Shown piece after piece: positions 30,107-39,724 of a stretch of DNA of 64,000 nt. This DNA comes from Polyangiales bacterium (lineage in GTDB: Bacteria > Myxococcota_A > Polyangia > Polyangiales > JADJQN01): assembly GCA_964202905.1 (NCBI GenBank), contig CAXNJO010000001.1, positions 64,001-128,000 on the forward strand, in the 5' to 3' direction. The notes beneath the pieces were generated by a model. The model did not search any database. It saw only the letters and a program-made list of their open reading frames with translations, and had not been told where the DNA came from. How positions within the stretch are numbered: position 1 is the first letter of the stretch; the number at the start of each line of letters is the position of its first letter. The position numbers and the translations under genes were made by a program.

Positions 30107-30969
30107 GGCCACTCCACGAGCGGCACGCCGAGATCGGTGCGGTCGCTGCTGCGGCCAGCCACCACCACCGCGAACACCACGAGCACGGCGGCGATCGTCA
30201 CCCCGCCCGCGATGAGCCAGGTCGTGGACGTGTTATTTGAGGCCGGCGTCATCGTGCCGAGCCCGCCCGTGACATCGCCCTCGGGCGCCGCCGGGATGCT
30301 CGCCTGCGAGGGGGCGCGCGCGCTGCCTTCGCGGGCGACGACCACCCCGCCCGGCCCGAGCGCCTCGACGTGGTACTCGACGCGCGTGCCCGGGAGACCG
30401 CCCACCGTCTCCTCGAGCGCCTCGCTGTGCTGCCACGCGCGCTCGCCCGCGACACGCCACGCGAGGCGGGTCCCGCGGACGACGGAGACGTCGTCGTCGA
30501 CCTCGATCACGACGCGGAGCCCGCCCTGCGCGGGGTAGATGTCGACGTCGAGCTCCGGGGGCTCGGGCTGCGCGATGCGGGCCTCGTCGAGCGCGGCGCG
30601 CAGCGCCTCGGGCGCGTCGGGCGGCGCCTGCCAGGAGGGCGCGAGCTCCACGATCGTGCGGGCCGTGCGCGCGAGCGCCGGCGCGTCGCCCAGCGCGGCC
30701 TCCGCACCCGCCCGCAGCGCGAGCAGCGGAGGAGGTCGCCCGCCGGCAGATCGTCACGCGCCTCGGCCTGCGCGACATCCGCCAGCGCGCCCGCGGCGTC
30801 GCCCGCTGCGAGCCGCGCCTGACCCCGCGCGAGCGCGGCGTCGAGGGCCTCCGCGCGCCCCGCGACGGCGAGGGCGACGACCAGCGCGACACAACCCAGC
30901 AGCGACGCGCCGCGCGCTCGCGGACGCAGCAGCGCGACGCAACGGCCACGCGGCGAGACGCGCGCTCAC
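30103..30969 (-). pseudogene. Secreted helical/TPR-like plus beta-sandwich protein with C-terminal TM, interrupted by apparent frameshifts
   Basis: Coding-like text changes frame near 30726 (DLLR>LLALRAGAEAALG) and probably also near 30900-30960; GTGA overlaps at both ends. Confidence 0.6.
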
Positions 30970-31280
30970 GGGCTCGACGGCGACTTCGCCTTCTCGAGAT
31001 AGCGGCGGCGGAGGTCGAAGAGGAGCTGGCCGAGCAGCCGCTCCTCGTCGCCGCTGAGGTTGCCGCGCGTCTTCTGCTCGAGCATGCCGAGCAGGTCGAT
31101 CGTGTGCCGCGCGAGCGGGAGGCTCGGCACGGCGGGACCGGGCGAGCCCGGCAGCGGCTCACCGAGGTGCATGAAGGCCGACGTGCCGATCGACAGCACG
31201 AACGTCGTGAAATCGACCGGCGGGTAAGCGCGAACGCCCTCCGGGAGATCGTCGTCCGCGCCGTCCTCGGTGCCGCTCAT
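30966..31280 (-). CDS. DUF1844-like protein (104 aa)
   Basis: FTTFVLSIGTSAFMHLG...ARHTIDLLGMLEQKTRGNLSGDEERLL...DLRRRY. Confidence 0.85.
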   Translation of the reverse strand: MSGTEDGADDDLPEGVRAYPPVDFTTFVLSIGTSAFMHLGEPLPGSPGPAVPSLPLARHTIDLLGMLEQKTRGNLSGDEERLLGQLLFDLRRRYLEKAKSPSSP

Positions 31281-31317
31281 CGGGCCTCCCTGCCGCGCGC
31301 CGGGCGCGGCGTCCGCC

Positions 31318-31491
31318 TCACGCCTCGCCGTCCTCGTCCTCGTCGAGGAAGTCGTCGCCGATGACCTCGGCGTTCGCGGCGCGGTCGGGCAGCTGGGTCA
31401 GGAGCTTCGCGAGCTCCTTCGGGTCGACGACGCCCCGCGCGATGTTCCGCTTCACGACGCGCTTGTCGATCATGCTGTCTTCGTAGGCCAT
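31318..31491 (-). CDS. Small protein (57 aa) absent from the ORF track
   Basis: MAYEDSMIDKRVVKRNIARGVVDPKELAKLLTQLPDRAANAEVIGDDFLDEDEDGEA; nearly all codons end in G/C; first gene of the minus-strand run. Confidence 0.8.
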   Translation of the reverse strand: MAYEDSMIDKRVVKRNIARGVVDPKELAKLLTQLPDRAANAEVIGDDFLDEDEDGEA

Positions 31492-31638
31492 CGCAGTTCT
31501 TTCTGGGCGCCGCAGGGGGCGCGCCGGGGGTCGGCCGCGAGTGTAGGCAGACGCAGCCGCGAGTCAACGATCCGCGGCCCGACGAGGCACGCGGCCTTGC
31601 GGGACACGGGCGACGCTCCCAGTGTCGCCGACACCGCG

Positions 31639-32673
31639 ATGACGCACGGTCCCGCCGCCACGAGCACTGAGTCCGCCGCCCCCGCCCGCTGGTTCGCCCG
31701 CGGCGCGTGGGGCGTCCTCGCCTACACCATCGCCGTAATCGTGTGGGGCGCCTTCGTGCGCGCCTCCAAGAGCGGCGCGGGTTGCGGCGATCACTGGCCC
31801 GACTGCAAGGGCCGCATCGTGCCCTCGTTCGAGGACACCGCGACGTTGATCGAGTACGTGCACCGCGCGACCTCCGGCCTCTCGGGGCTGCTCGTGCTCG
31901 GGCTCGGCGTCGCGTCGCTCTTCGCCATGCCGCGCGGCCACGTCGTGCGGCGCTACGCGCTTTTGTCGGTCGTCTTCATGGTCACCGAGTCCGCGCTCGG
32001 GATGCTGCTCGTGAAGTTCCAGTACGTCGCCGAGGATGCATCCGTCGGCCGCGCCATCTGGATGGCGCTGCACCTCGTCAACACCTTCCTGCTGCTCGCG
32101 TGGCTCACGCTCACCGCCTGGCACGCGAGCGGCCAGCCGCACGGCCGCCTGCGCGAGGCGGGCGGGCTCGGCCGCGCGATGTTCGCGGCCCTCGGCGCCG
32201 CGCTGGTGGTCGCGACCTTCGGCGCGCAGGCGGCGCTCGCCGACACGCTCTTCCCCGCGACGAGCCTCGCGCACGGGCTCGCGCAGGACCTCGCGCGGGA
32301 CGGCCACTTCCTGTTGCGACTCCGCATGTTCCACCCGATCGTCGCGATGGCGCTCGCCGTCTACCTCGTGATCGCCCTGAGCATCGCGAGCGCGCTGCGC
32401 CCGACGCCCGCCGTGCGGCGCGCCTCGACGCTCGTGTTCTCGCTGCTCGCCGTGCAGATCGCGCTCGGCTTCGTGAACCTCGCGCTGCTCGCGCCCGTCT
32501 GGATGCAGCTCGTGCACCTGCTCAACGCGGACCTGCTGTGGATCTCGCTGGTCGTCCTCACGGCCGCCGCGGTCGCAGCCCCGACGACGACGCCCGCATC
32601 CGCCGAGACGACGCCCGCGGCCCCCACGCCGCACCGCGCGCCCGCCGTCGACGCCACCGCGCAGGTCGGCTAG
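31639..32673 (+). CDS. ctaA: COX15/CtaA heme A synthase family membrane protein
   Basis: GAGCGDHWPDCKG, IEYVHR, ALHLVN, MFHP, QLVHL; about 8 TM segments. Confidence 0.85.
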   Translation: MTHGPAATSTESAAPARWFARGAWGVLAYTIAVIVWGAFVRASKSGAGCGDHWPDCKGRIVPSFEDTATLIEYVHRATSGLSGLLVLGLGVASLFAMPRGHVVRRYALLSVVFMVTESALGMLLVKFQYVAEDASVGRAIWMALHLVNTFLLLAWLTLTAWHASGQPHGRLREAGGLGRAMFAALGAALVVATFGAQAALADTLFPATSLAHGLAQDLARDGHFLLRLRMFHPIVAMALAVYLVIALSIASALRPTPAVRRASTLVFSLLAVQIALGFVNLALLAPVWMQLVHLLNADLLWISLVVLTAAAVAAPTTTPASAETTPAAPTPHRAPAVDATAQVG

Positions 32674-32758
32674 GCTCGGCCCGCGCGGGCGGCGCGTGCG
32701 GAAGGCGCACGGGACCGCTGCGGCCCGGGGGGACGACGTGCAACGCGATTCTATCTTG

Positions 32759-35700
32759 ATGTCGAGCACTTACGCTTGCGCTGCGCTCACCGCCGCGCTC
32801 CTCGCACTCGGCCTCGCGGCGTGCGGCGAGCCCAAGCCCGACATGCCGACGCCGGACGCAGGCACCGACCTCGGTGGGAGCGACGCGGAGCCCCCGACCT
32901 GCACGGCGGACTCGCAATGCGACGACGGGCGCTTCTGCAACGGCATCGAGCGCTGCATGCCGGGCGCGGGCGCCGACGCACGCGGCTGCCGCCCCGACAC
33001 GGTGCCGGCCTGCGGCCCGATGGGCGAGTGCGACGAGGCGGGGGACCGCTGCATGACGCCGTGCCTCGACGAGGACGGCGACGGCGCGGCGAACGCGGCC
33101 TGCGGCGGCACCGACTGCGACGACGCCGACGCCGCGCGCTACCCCGGCAACGCGGAGATCTGCGACGCCGACGGCCACGACGAGGACTGCGACGCGACGA
33201 CCTTCGGCGACCGCGACGCCGACGGCGACGGCGTGTTCTCGGCCGCCTGCTGCAACACGGGCGCGGGGGGCGTGCTCGCCTGCGGCAGCGACTGCCTCGA
33301 TCAGGCGTTGGATGTGCGGCCGGGCGCGACGGAGGCCTGCGACGGCCTCGACAACGACTGCGACGGCATGACCGACGAGCTGCTGCAGGTCGATCTCTAC
33401 GTCGACGCCGACGGCGACCTCCACGGCGACGGCACGCGTCCGCAGCGCGCCTGCCCGGGCACGGCGGGGCTCTCGGCGGTCGGCGACGACTGCGACGACA
33501 CCGCCCCGAGCGTGCACCCCGGCCAGCTCGAGGCCTGCAACACGCGCGACGACGACTGCGACGGCGAGCTCGACGAGGACGCCGTCTCGCTCTCCTGGTA
33601 CCGCGACGCGGACGGCGACGGCTTCGGCAACCCGACCGTCACGCGCAACCGCTGCGATCCGCCACCGGGCATGCCCGCGGGCTCGGCCCCCGGCACCGGC
33701 TGGAGCCTCAACGGCACGGACTGCGACGACACGCAGCGCGAGGTGAACCCCGCCGCGAGCGAGCGCTGCAACGCGATCGACGACAACTGCAACGGCCGCG
33801 CGGACTTCCTCGTCGCGCGGAACGACACCGAGGACGACGACCGCGACGGCGTGCCCGACGACGCCTGCGCGCTCCCCGGCGATCCCGGCGACTGCGACGA
33901 CGCGGACGCGAGCGTCTACCCGAGCGCCGCCGAGCTCGCCGACGGCGTCGACAACGACTGCGACGCGACGCGCGACGAGGCGTGCACGCCGCTCACCTGG
34001 TACGTCGACGCGGACGGCGACGGCTTCGGCGACGACGCGGCGGCGACCACGCTCTCGTGCATGCCGCAGCCGAACCGCACGACGCGCGGCGGCGACTGCG
34101 ACGACGGCGACCCGGCCATCTCCCCGGCTGCGCGCGAGACCTGCAACGCCGTCGACGACGACTGCGACGGCCGCACCGACGAAGGCACGAGCGGCGCCTG
34201 CTACCTGCCGCAGGCCCTCGGCACGTGCAGCCTGGGCGCGTGCGCGCTCGACCTCTGCGAGCGCGGCTACGGCGACTGCGACGGCGAGGCGCGCACCGGC
34301 TGCGAGGCGGATCTGTTCGGAGATCCGAATACTTGCGGCACGTGCGCGACGACCTGCGGCGGCGCCGACCGCGCCTTCCCGGGCTGCCGCGACGGCGCGT
34401 GCACGCTCACCTGCCAGCCGAACTACGACGACTGCGACCGCACCACGACGAACGGCTGCGAGGTCGCGCTGCGCACGGACATCCGGCACTGCGGCGCGTG
34501 CGGGAGCGTCTGTCCGAACGAGCCCAACTCCACGCCGACGTGCACGGACGCGCGCTGCGGCATCGCCTGCGCGACCGGCTACACCGACTGCGACGGCGAC
34601 GCGATGAACGGCTGCGAAGCGCAGGTCGCGCGCGATCCGTCGAACTGCGGCGTCTGCGGCCGCACCTGCGCGGCGGGCACGGAGATCTGCGTCGATGGGC
34701 TCTGCATCGCGCCGCCCCTCGTCGACCCGGCGGCGACGATGCCGTTCGCGCCGACGACCGACACGGTGCTCCCGCCCGGCGTCCACACCTTCTCGTCGAT
34801 CCGCATCCCGGCGGGCGTGCGCGTGACGACGACGGGCAGCGGCATCCTCGATCTGCGCGCGTCGGGCGACGTCGTGATCGCGGGCACCATCGACGTCTCC
34901 GGCTCCGCGGGCGCCAACGTGCCGGCATTCGGCTGCGATGCAATCGGCGGCGGCGGCGGCGCGACGGGCAACCCGCTCGCGCCGGGGGTCGCCACATCGC
35001 CCTGCAATCCGCCGGGCAGCGGCGGGACGGGCGCCGTGGGCGGGACGGGCGCGAATGCCGGCCTCGGCTGCTCCCTCGGCGGCGCGTTCGGCGGCGGCAC
35101 GGGTGGCAGTGCCCGGGCGGGCGGTGGCGGCGGCGGCGGCTACGCCGGCGGCGGCGGTGGGATGAGCTACGCGACCGACCGCGGCGGCGCGGGCGCGAGC
35201 GCCGCGGGCGGGGTCGGCGGCGCAGGCGGCGATCTCGCGGGCGCATCGATGTGCGTCGCGGCCATGCACGGCGCGCAGGGCGGACAGGGCACGGGTGCCT
35301 ACCGCGGCGGCATCGGCGGTTGCGGCGACGGCTTCGGTGGCGCCGGCGGCGCGATCGGCGCCGACGCGGAAGCTGACCCCACGGTCACGACCACCTTCCG
35401 CGCGGGCTCCGGCGGCGGCGGCGCGGGGGGCTCGTACTGCTCCGGGGGCGCGGGCGGCGGCGGCGGCGGTGGCGCCCTGCGCATCGCGTCGACGACGCGC
35501 ATCACCGTCGAAGCGGGCGGCGCGCTCCTCGCCGACGGTGGCCGCGGCGGTGTCCTCGGCGGCGCGCCCGGCGCGGGCGGCGGCTCCGGAGGTGTGATCG
35601 TGCTCGCCTCACCGGCGCTGCGCGTCGACGGCACCCTGCGCGCCATCGGCGGCGCGCCCGGCGCAGCGTCGACCAGCGTGCAGGCGTTCGGCGGCGCGGG

Positions 35701-35842
35701 CGGCCTCGGACGCATCCGCCTCTCGACGCTCGCCGAGGAGTGCGCGATCACGGGCGATGTGCGGCCCCTGCCCGTCGCGGGCTGCGCCGCCACCGCGACG
35801 CCCGTCGCCGAGCGCGTCTACGTCGGCCGCTACCCGAACTGA
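32759..35842 (+). CDS. Large Cys/Asp-rich lipoprotein with MopE-related repeats and Gly-rich C-terminal domain (1027 aa)
   Basis: LAAC lipobox; DCDD...PG..E.CDG.DNDCDG..DE repeats; DCDG...NGCE...D..NCG.CG repeats; poly-Gly tracts from about 34940. Confidence 0.85.
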   Translation: MSSTYACAALTAALLALGLAACGEPKPDMPTPDAGTDLGGSDAEPPTCTADSQCDDGRFCNGIERCMPGAGADARGCRPDTVPACGPMGECDEAGDRCMTPCLDEDGDGAANAACGGTDCDDADAARYPGNAEICDADGHDEDCDATTFGDRDADGDGVFSAACCNTGAGGVLACGSDCLDQALDVRPGATEACDGLDNDCDGMTDELLQVDLYVDADGDLHGDGTRPQRACPGTAGLSAVGDDCDDTAPSVHPGQLEACNTRDDDCDGELDEDAVSLSWYRDADGDGFGNPTVTRNRCDPPPGMPAGSAPGTGWSLNGTDCDDTQREVNPAASERCNAIDDNCNGRADFLVARNDTEDDDRDGVPDDACALPGDPGDCDDADASVYPSAAELADGVDNDCDATRDEACTPLTWYVDADGDGFGDDAAATTLSCMPQPNRTTRGGDCDDGDPAISPAARETCNAVDDDCDGRTDEGTSGACYLPQALGTCSLGACALDLCERGYGDCDGEARTGCEADLFGDPNTCGTCATTCGGADRAFPGCRDGACTLTCQPNYDDCDRTTTNGCEVALRTDIRHCGACGSVCPNEPNSTPTCTDARCGIACATGYTDCDGDAMNGCEAQVARDPSNCGVCGRTCAAGTEICVDGLCIAPPLVDPAATMPFAPTTDTVLPPGVHTFSSIRIPAGVRVTTTGSGILDLRASGDVVIAGTIDVSGSAGANVPAFGCDAIGGGGGATGNPLAPGVATSPCNPPGSGGTGAVGGTGANAGLGCSLGGAFGGGTGGSARAGGGGGGGYAGGGGGMSYATDRGGAGASAAGGVGGAGGDLAGASMCVAAMHGAQGGQGTGAYRGGIGGCGDGFGGAGGAIGADAEADPTVTTTFRAGSGGGGAGGSYCSGGAGGGGGGGALRIASTTRITVEAGGALLADGGRGGVLGGAPGAGGGSGGVIVLASPALRVDGTLRAIGGAPGAASTSVQAFGGAGGLGRIRLSTLAEECAITGDVRPLPVAGCAATATPVAERVYVGRYPN

Positions 35843-35907
35843 GACCCGGACCCACCACGACGAACGCGCGCGGCTCCTCCCGCCGCGCCGCGTCCGTCGG
35901 GTCGCGC

Positions 35908-36630
35908 TCAGCGCCGGCGCGAGAGCAGCCGCAGCACGTACCAGAGCAGCGTCGCGAACGACGCGAACAGCTGCAGCGCCGCGAGCACGTAGTGCCGCTC
36001 CGAGTAGCGCAGCAGGATGTTCGAGGTGTCGTAGAGGATGTAGCCGCCCGCGAGCACGAGCATCGCCCAGAAGAAGAGCGTGCCGACGCTGAAGCCGGCG
36101 AACATCGCCACGACGCCGAAGAGCACCGCCGCGATCGAGCCGAAGATCAGCGCGCTCCGCAGGAACGAGAAGTCCTTCCGCGAGACGAAGACGATCGCCG
36201 TGAGGATGCTGAAGAGCGCGACGGTGAAGAAGAGCGCCTTCGGCAGGATCCACGTGTCGCCCTGGGCCGTGAGCATCACCGCCATCGCGATGAGCGGGAT
36301 GAAGACGAGCGACTCCGCGAACACGAAGCCGCCGAGCGCCGCGAGCTGCAGCGGTCGGCTCTCGCTCGAGGCCGCGACGTGCTGCGCGCCCCAGTGCACC
36401 GCCATCAGGCCGAGCATCACGGCGAGCCAGCCGAAGCGCCCCGCCGAGCCGACGAGCGAGAGCAGCGTCGAGGCGATCGGCGTGACGAACCACAGCGTCT
36501 CGAGCGCGAGGAACGCGAAAATCGACGCGAGCAGCAGCCCGTACGTCTTCATCAGGAACGCGCTCCGCGTCGACTCGCTCGCGCCCCAGACCGCGCCCGG
36601 CTGCGGCGCCCCATTCTCGAATCCCAGCAT
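35908..36630 (-). CDS. Bax inhibitor-1/YccA family membrane protein (240 aa)
   Basis: FLMKTYGLL, RKDFSFL, YILYDTSNI, LAALQLF; 7 TM; AGGAG upstream. Confidence 0.9.
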   Translation of the reverse strand: MLGFENGAPQPGAVWGASESTRSAFLMKTYGLLLASIFAFLALETLWFVTPIASTLLSLVGSAGRFGWLAVMLGLMAVHWGAQHVAASSESRPLQLAALGGFVFAESLVFIPLIAMAVMLTAQGDTWILPKALFFTVALFSILTAIVFVSRKDFSFLRSALIFGSIAAVLFGVVAMFAGFSVGTLFFWAMLVLAGGYILYDTSNILLRYSERHYVLAALQLFASFATLLWYVLRLLSRRR

Positions 36631-36695
36631 GGATGACTCCTTTCGTCGTGGTGACCGCGGCGACGCTATCACGCCGCCCGCGGCGCGCGGCGCCC

Positions 36696-37172
36696 TCAGC
36701 CCCGCGCGATCGCGCCCGTCGTCGCGCCCGTCGCGCGCAGATAGTCCGCGGGCGCGACGAGCAGCTGCACGCCACGCAGCCCCGCCGACACGCTCACCAC
36801 ATCGTGCACCGCCATCCACTCGTCGACGTAGACGGGGTACGCACGCTTCGCGGCGAGCGCCGTCACGCCGCCGCGCACATAGCCCGTGAGCGGCGTGACG
36901 TCCTTGAGCGGCACGAGCTCCGCGCTCTTCCAGCCGGCGAGCCGCGCGAGCGCCTTGAGGTCGAGCTCGGCGCCGCCCGCGATCACCGCGAAGGCGACGT
37001 CACCGCGCTCGCCGCGCACGCAGAGCGTCTTCCACACCTGCTCGAGCGGGAAGCCGATCTTCGCGGCCACCGTGGGCGCGCTGAGATCCTCCGGATCGAC
37101 CTCGTACTCGCGCACCTCGTAGGCGATGCCGAGCGCGTCGAGCGCGCGGGCGGCGTTGGTCTTCGTCGTCAT
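36696..37172 (-). CDS. ybaK: Cys-tRNA(Pro) deacylase
   Basis: TNAARALD, VWKTL, LTGYVRGGVT, VSAGLRG. Confidence 0.92.
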   Translation of the reverse strand: MTTKTNAARALDALGIAYEVREYEVDPEDLSAPTVAAKIGFPLEQVWKTLCVRGERGDVAFAVIAGGAELDLKALARLAGWKSAELVPLKDVTPLTGYVRGGVTALAAKRAYPVYVDEWMAVHDVVSVSAGLRGVQLLVAPADYLRATGATTGAIARG

Positions 37173-37262
37173 CGGCGGCCGGGGCGCAGGGGTCTGGGTC
37201 CGCTGCGGCGCGCTGTTCTACGCGCAGCGCGCGAGGCCGTCACGCGGGGTCGATCAGCCAAC

Positions 37263-37288
37263 CATGCATCGATGCGCATGGATGCATG
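37263..37288. promoter_or_regulatory. 26-bp near-perfect palindrome in the ybaK/mpl divergent intergenic region
   Basis: catgcatcgatgcgcatggatgcatg, one mismatched pair. Confidence 0.5.
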
Positions 37289-37380
37289 ATCGCGCGGCGC
37301 CGTGTGCCGCTGCGACGCGCCGCAGCCTGCGCTCTCCCTGTTTCTGGACCCGGATCGGGCCGCGCGTAGGCTCGCCCGCG

Positions 37381-38832
37381 ATGCACGTACACCTGATCGG
37401 GGTCGCCGGGACGGGGATGGGCGCGCTCGCGGGATTGCTCCGCAAAGCGGGCCACCGCGTGACCGGCTCGGACACGGCCTTCTACCCGCCCATCGGCCCC
37501 GCGCTCGCGTCGTGGGGCGTCGAGACGCGCGAGGGCTTCTCGGCCGCGCACCTCGAGCTGCGCCCCGATCTCGTCGTCGTCGGCAACGTCTGCCGCAAGG
37601 AAAACCCCGAGGCGCGCGCCGCGATCGACGGCGGGCTCCCATACACGTCGATGCCCGGCGCGATCGAGACGCTCTTCCTCGCGGAGAGCCCGGGCTTCGT
37701 CGTCGCGGGCACGCACGGCAAGACGACGACCACGACGCTGCTCGCCTGGCTGCTGCACGAGGCGGGCAAGGATCCGGGCTTCCTCGTCGGCGGCATCCCG
37801 CGCGACTTCGGCGAGAGCTTCCGCCTCGGCGCACCGGGCGCGCCCTTCGTGATCGAGGGCGACGAGTACGACAGCGCCTTCTTCGAGAAGACGCCCAAGT
37901 TCTGGCGCTACAAGCCGCACGCCGCGATCCTCACCTCGATCGAGCACGACCACGTCGACATCTACCCGACGATGGCGTCGTACCGCGCGGCCTTCGTCGA
38001 GTTCGTGCGGCGCATCCCGCCCGAGGGCCTGCTCGTCGCGTGGGCGGGCGACCCGGAGGTGCGCGCCATCGCGAAGGAGGCGCGCTGCAACGTGCGTTTC
38101 TACGCGCTCGCGGGCGACGACTGCGGCGACGTCGTGCCCGTCTGGTCGGCCGCGCCCGCGCCCGCCGCGCAGGGCACGCAGCCCTTCGATCTCTTCTTCG
38201 GCGGCAGCGCCTGCGGCCGCGTGATGTCGCCGCTGCCCGGCCTGCACAACGTGCGCAACACCGTCGCCGCGATCGCGCTCGCGACGGAGGGCGCGGGCGT
38301 CGGCGTGCAGGCGCTCACGCGCTCCTTGCCGCGCTTCGGCGGCATCAAGCGCCGCCAGGAATTGCGCGGCACCGCCGACGGCGTGCACGTCTACGACGAC
38401 TTCGCGCACCACCCGACGGCCGTGCGCGAGACGATCGCGGCGCTCCGCGCGAAGCACCCCGAGTCGCGCCTCGTCGCGACGTTCGAGCCGCGCAGCGCGA
38501 CGGCCTCGCGCAAGACGCACCAGGACGAGTACCCGGGCGCCTTCCTCGCGGCCGATCACACCGTGCTCGCGCCCGTCGGTCGCGCGGAGATCGCGGCCGA
38601 GCAGCGCCTCGACGTCGCGGAGATCGCCGCGCAGATCCGCGCGCACGGCGGCGCGGCGGCGACCCCCGCGGACCTCGACGGCGTCGTGCGCGCCTGCGTG
38701 GAGGCGGCGCGCCCCGGCGACGTGATCCTCGTCATGTCGAACGGCGCGTTCGGCGGCATCCACGACAAGCTGCTCGTCGCGCTCGCCGATCGCGTGATCG
38801 CCGCGCGGCTCGGCGGCGCGGCGCCGGCGTGA
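37381..38832 (+). CDS. mpl: Murein peptide ligase Mpl (MurC-like)
   Basis: IGVAGTGMGALA, AGTHGKTTTT, IEGDEYDSAFFEK, DDFAHHPTAV, FEPRS, MSNGAFGGIH. Confidence 0.93.
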   Translation: MHVHLIGVAGTGMGALAGLLRKAGHRVTGSDTAFYPPIGPALASWGVETREGFSAAHLELRPDLVVVGNVCRKENPEARAAIDGGLPYTSMPGAIETLFLAESPGFVVAGTHGKTTTTTLLAWLLHEAGKDPGFLVGGIPRDFGESFRLGAPGAPFVIEGDEYDSAFFEKTPKFWRYKPHAAILTSIEHDHVDIYPTMASYRAAFVEFVRRIPPEGLLVAWAGDPEVRAIAKEARCNVRFYALAGDDCGDVVPVWSAAPAPAAQGTQPFDLFFGGSACGRVMSPLPGLHNVRNTVAAIALATEGAGVGVQALTRSLPRFGGIKRRQELRGTADGVHVYDDFAHHPTAVRETIAALRAKHPESRLVATFEPRSATASRKTHQDEYPGAFLAADHTVLAPVGRAEIAAEQRLDVAEIAAQIRAHGGAAATPADLDGVVRACVEAARPGDVILVMSNGAFGGIHDKLLVALADRVIAARLGGAAPA

Positions 38833-38851
38833 TGCGCCGACCCCCGCACGA

Positions 38852-39700
38852 ATGAACGGTGATTCAGTGACGCCCGATCCACGCGCGCTCGCGGAGATCC
38901 GCGACACGGCGTGCGCCCTCGCGCTCGAGGCGGGCGCGCTGCTGCGCGAGGGCTGGCGCCGTGCGCCCCGCGTCACGAAGAAGGGCGCGATCGACCTCGT
39001 CACCGAGTTCGATCTGCGCAGCGAGGCGCTGCTCCGCGAGCGGCTCGCGCGCACGTTTCCGGAGCACGCCGTCGTCGCCGAGGAGGGCGCCGCGCGCGAC
39101 ACGCACGACGCGCGGCCGACCTGGTACGTCGACCCGATCGACGGCACGACGAACTTCGCGCACGGGCACTTCTTCTTCGCCGTGTCGCTCGGCCTCGTCG
39201 TCGACGGCGCGCCCGTCGTCGGCGTCGTGCACGCGCCCGCGCTCGGCACGACGTGGCTCGGCGCGGTGGGCGCAGGCGCGGTGCGCCGCGGGCCCGACGG
39301 TGTCGACGTGCCCTGCGTGACGAGCACCGTCGCAGCCCTCGACGACGCGCTGCTCGCGACGGGCTTCCCCTACGATCGGCGCACGAGCCCGGAGAACAAC
39401 CTGCGCGAGTTCGCGGCGCTCAAGCTGCGCGCGCAGGGGATCCGGCGCTGCGGCGCGGCGTCGCTCGATCTCTGCCTCGTCGCGGACGGCACCTACGACG
39501 GCTACTGGGAGCAGAAGCTCGCGCCCTGGGATCTCGCCGGCGGCACCGCCCTGCTCCGCGCCGCGGGCGGCCGCGCGACGGGCTACCTCGGCGAGCCGCT
39601 CGATCTGCGCGCGGGCCGCGTGGTCGCGACGAACGGCCCGCTCCACGACGCGCTCGTCGCGGCGCTCGCCGAGGCCCGCGCGCCCATGTCGGAGAGGTGA
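38852..39700 (+). CDS. suhB: Inositol monophosphatase family
   Basis: DLVTEFD, AEEG, VDPIDGTTNFAHG, ATGFPYD, RRCGAASLDL, PWDLAGG. Confidence 0.92.
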   Translation: MNGDSVTPDPRALAEIRDTACALALEAGALLREGWRRAPRVTKKGAIDLVTEFDLRSEALLRERLARTFPEHAVVAEEGAARDTHDARPTWYVDPIDGTTNFAHGHFFFAVSLGLVVDGAPVVGVVHAPALGTTWLGAVGAGAVRRGPDGVDVPCVTSTVAALDDALLATGFPYDRRTSPENNLREFAALKLRAQGIRRCGAASLDLCLVADGTYDGYWEQKLAPWDLAGGTALLRAAGGRATGYLGEPLDLRAGRVVATNGPLHDALVAALAEARAPMSER

Positions 39701-39724
39701 CGGGCGCGCGGCACCTCGGCTACC

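Noticed and set aside
31639..32673. Cytochrome oxidase gene cluster
   Set aside because: ctaA-like gene is isolated; no cox or ctaB genes adjacent
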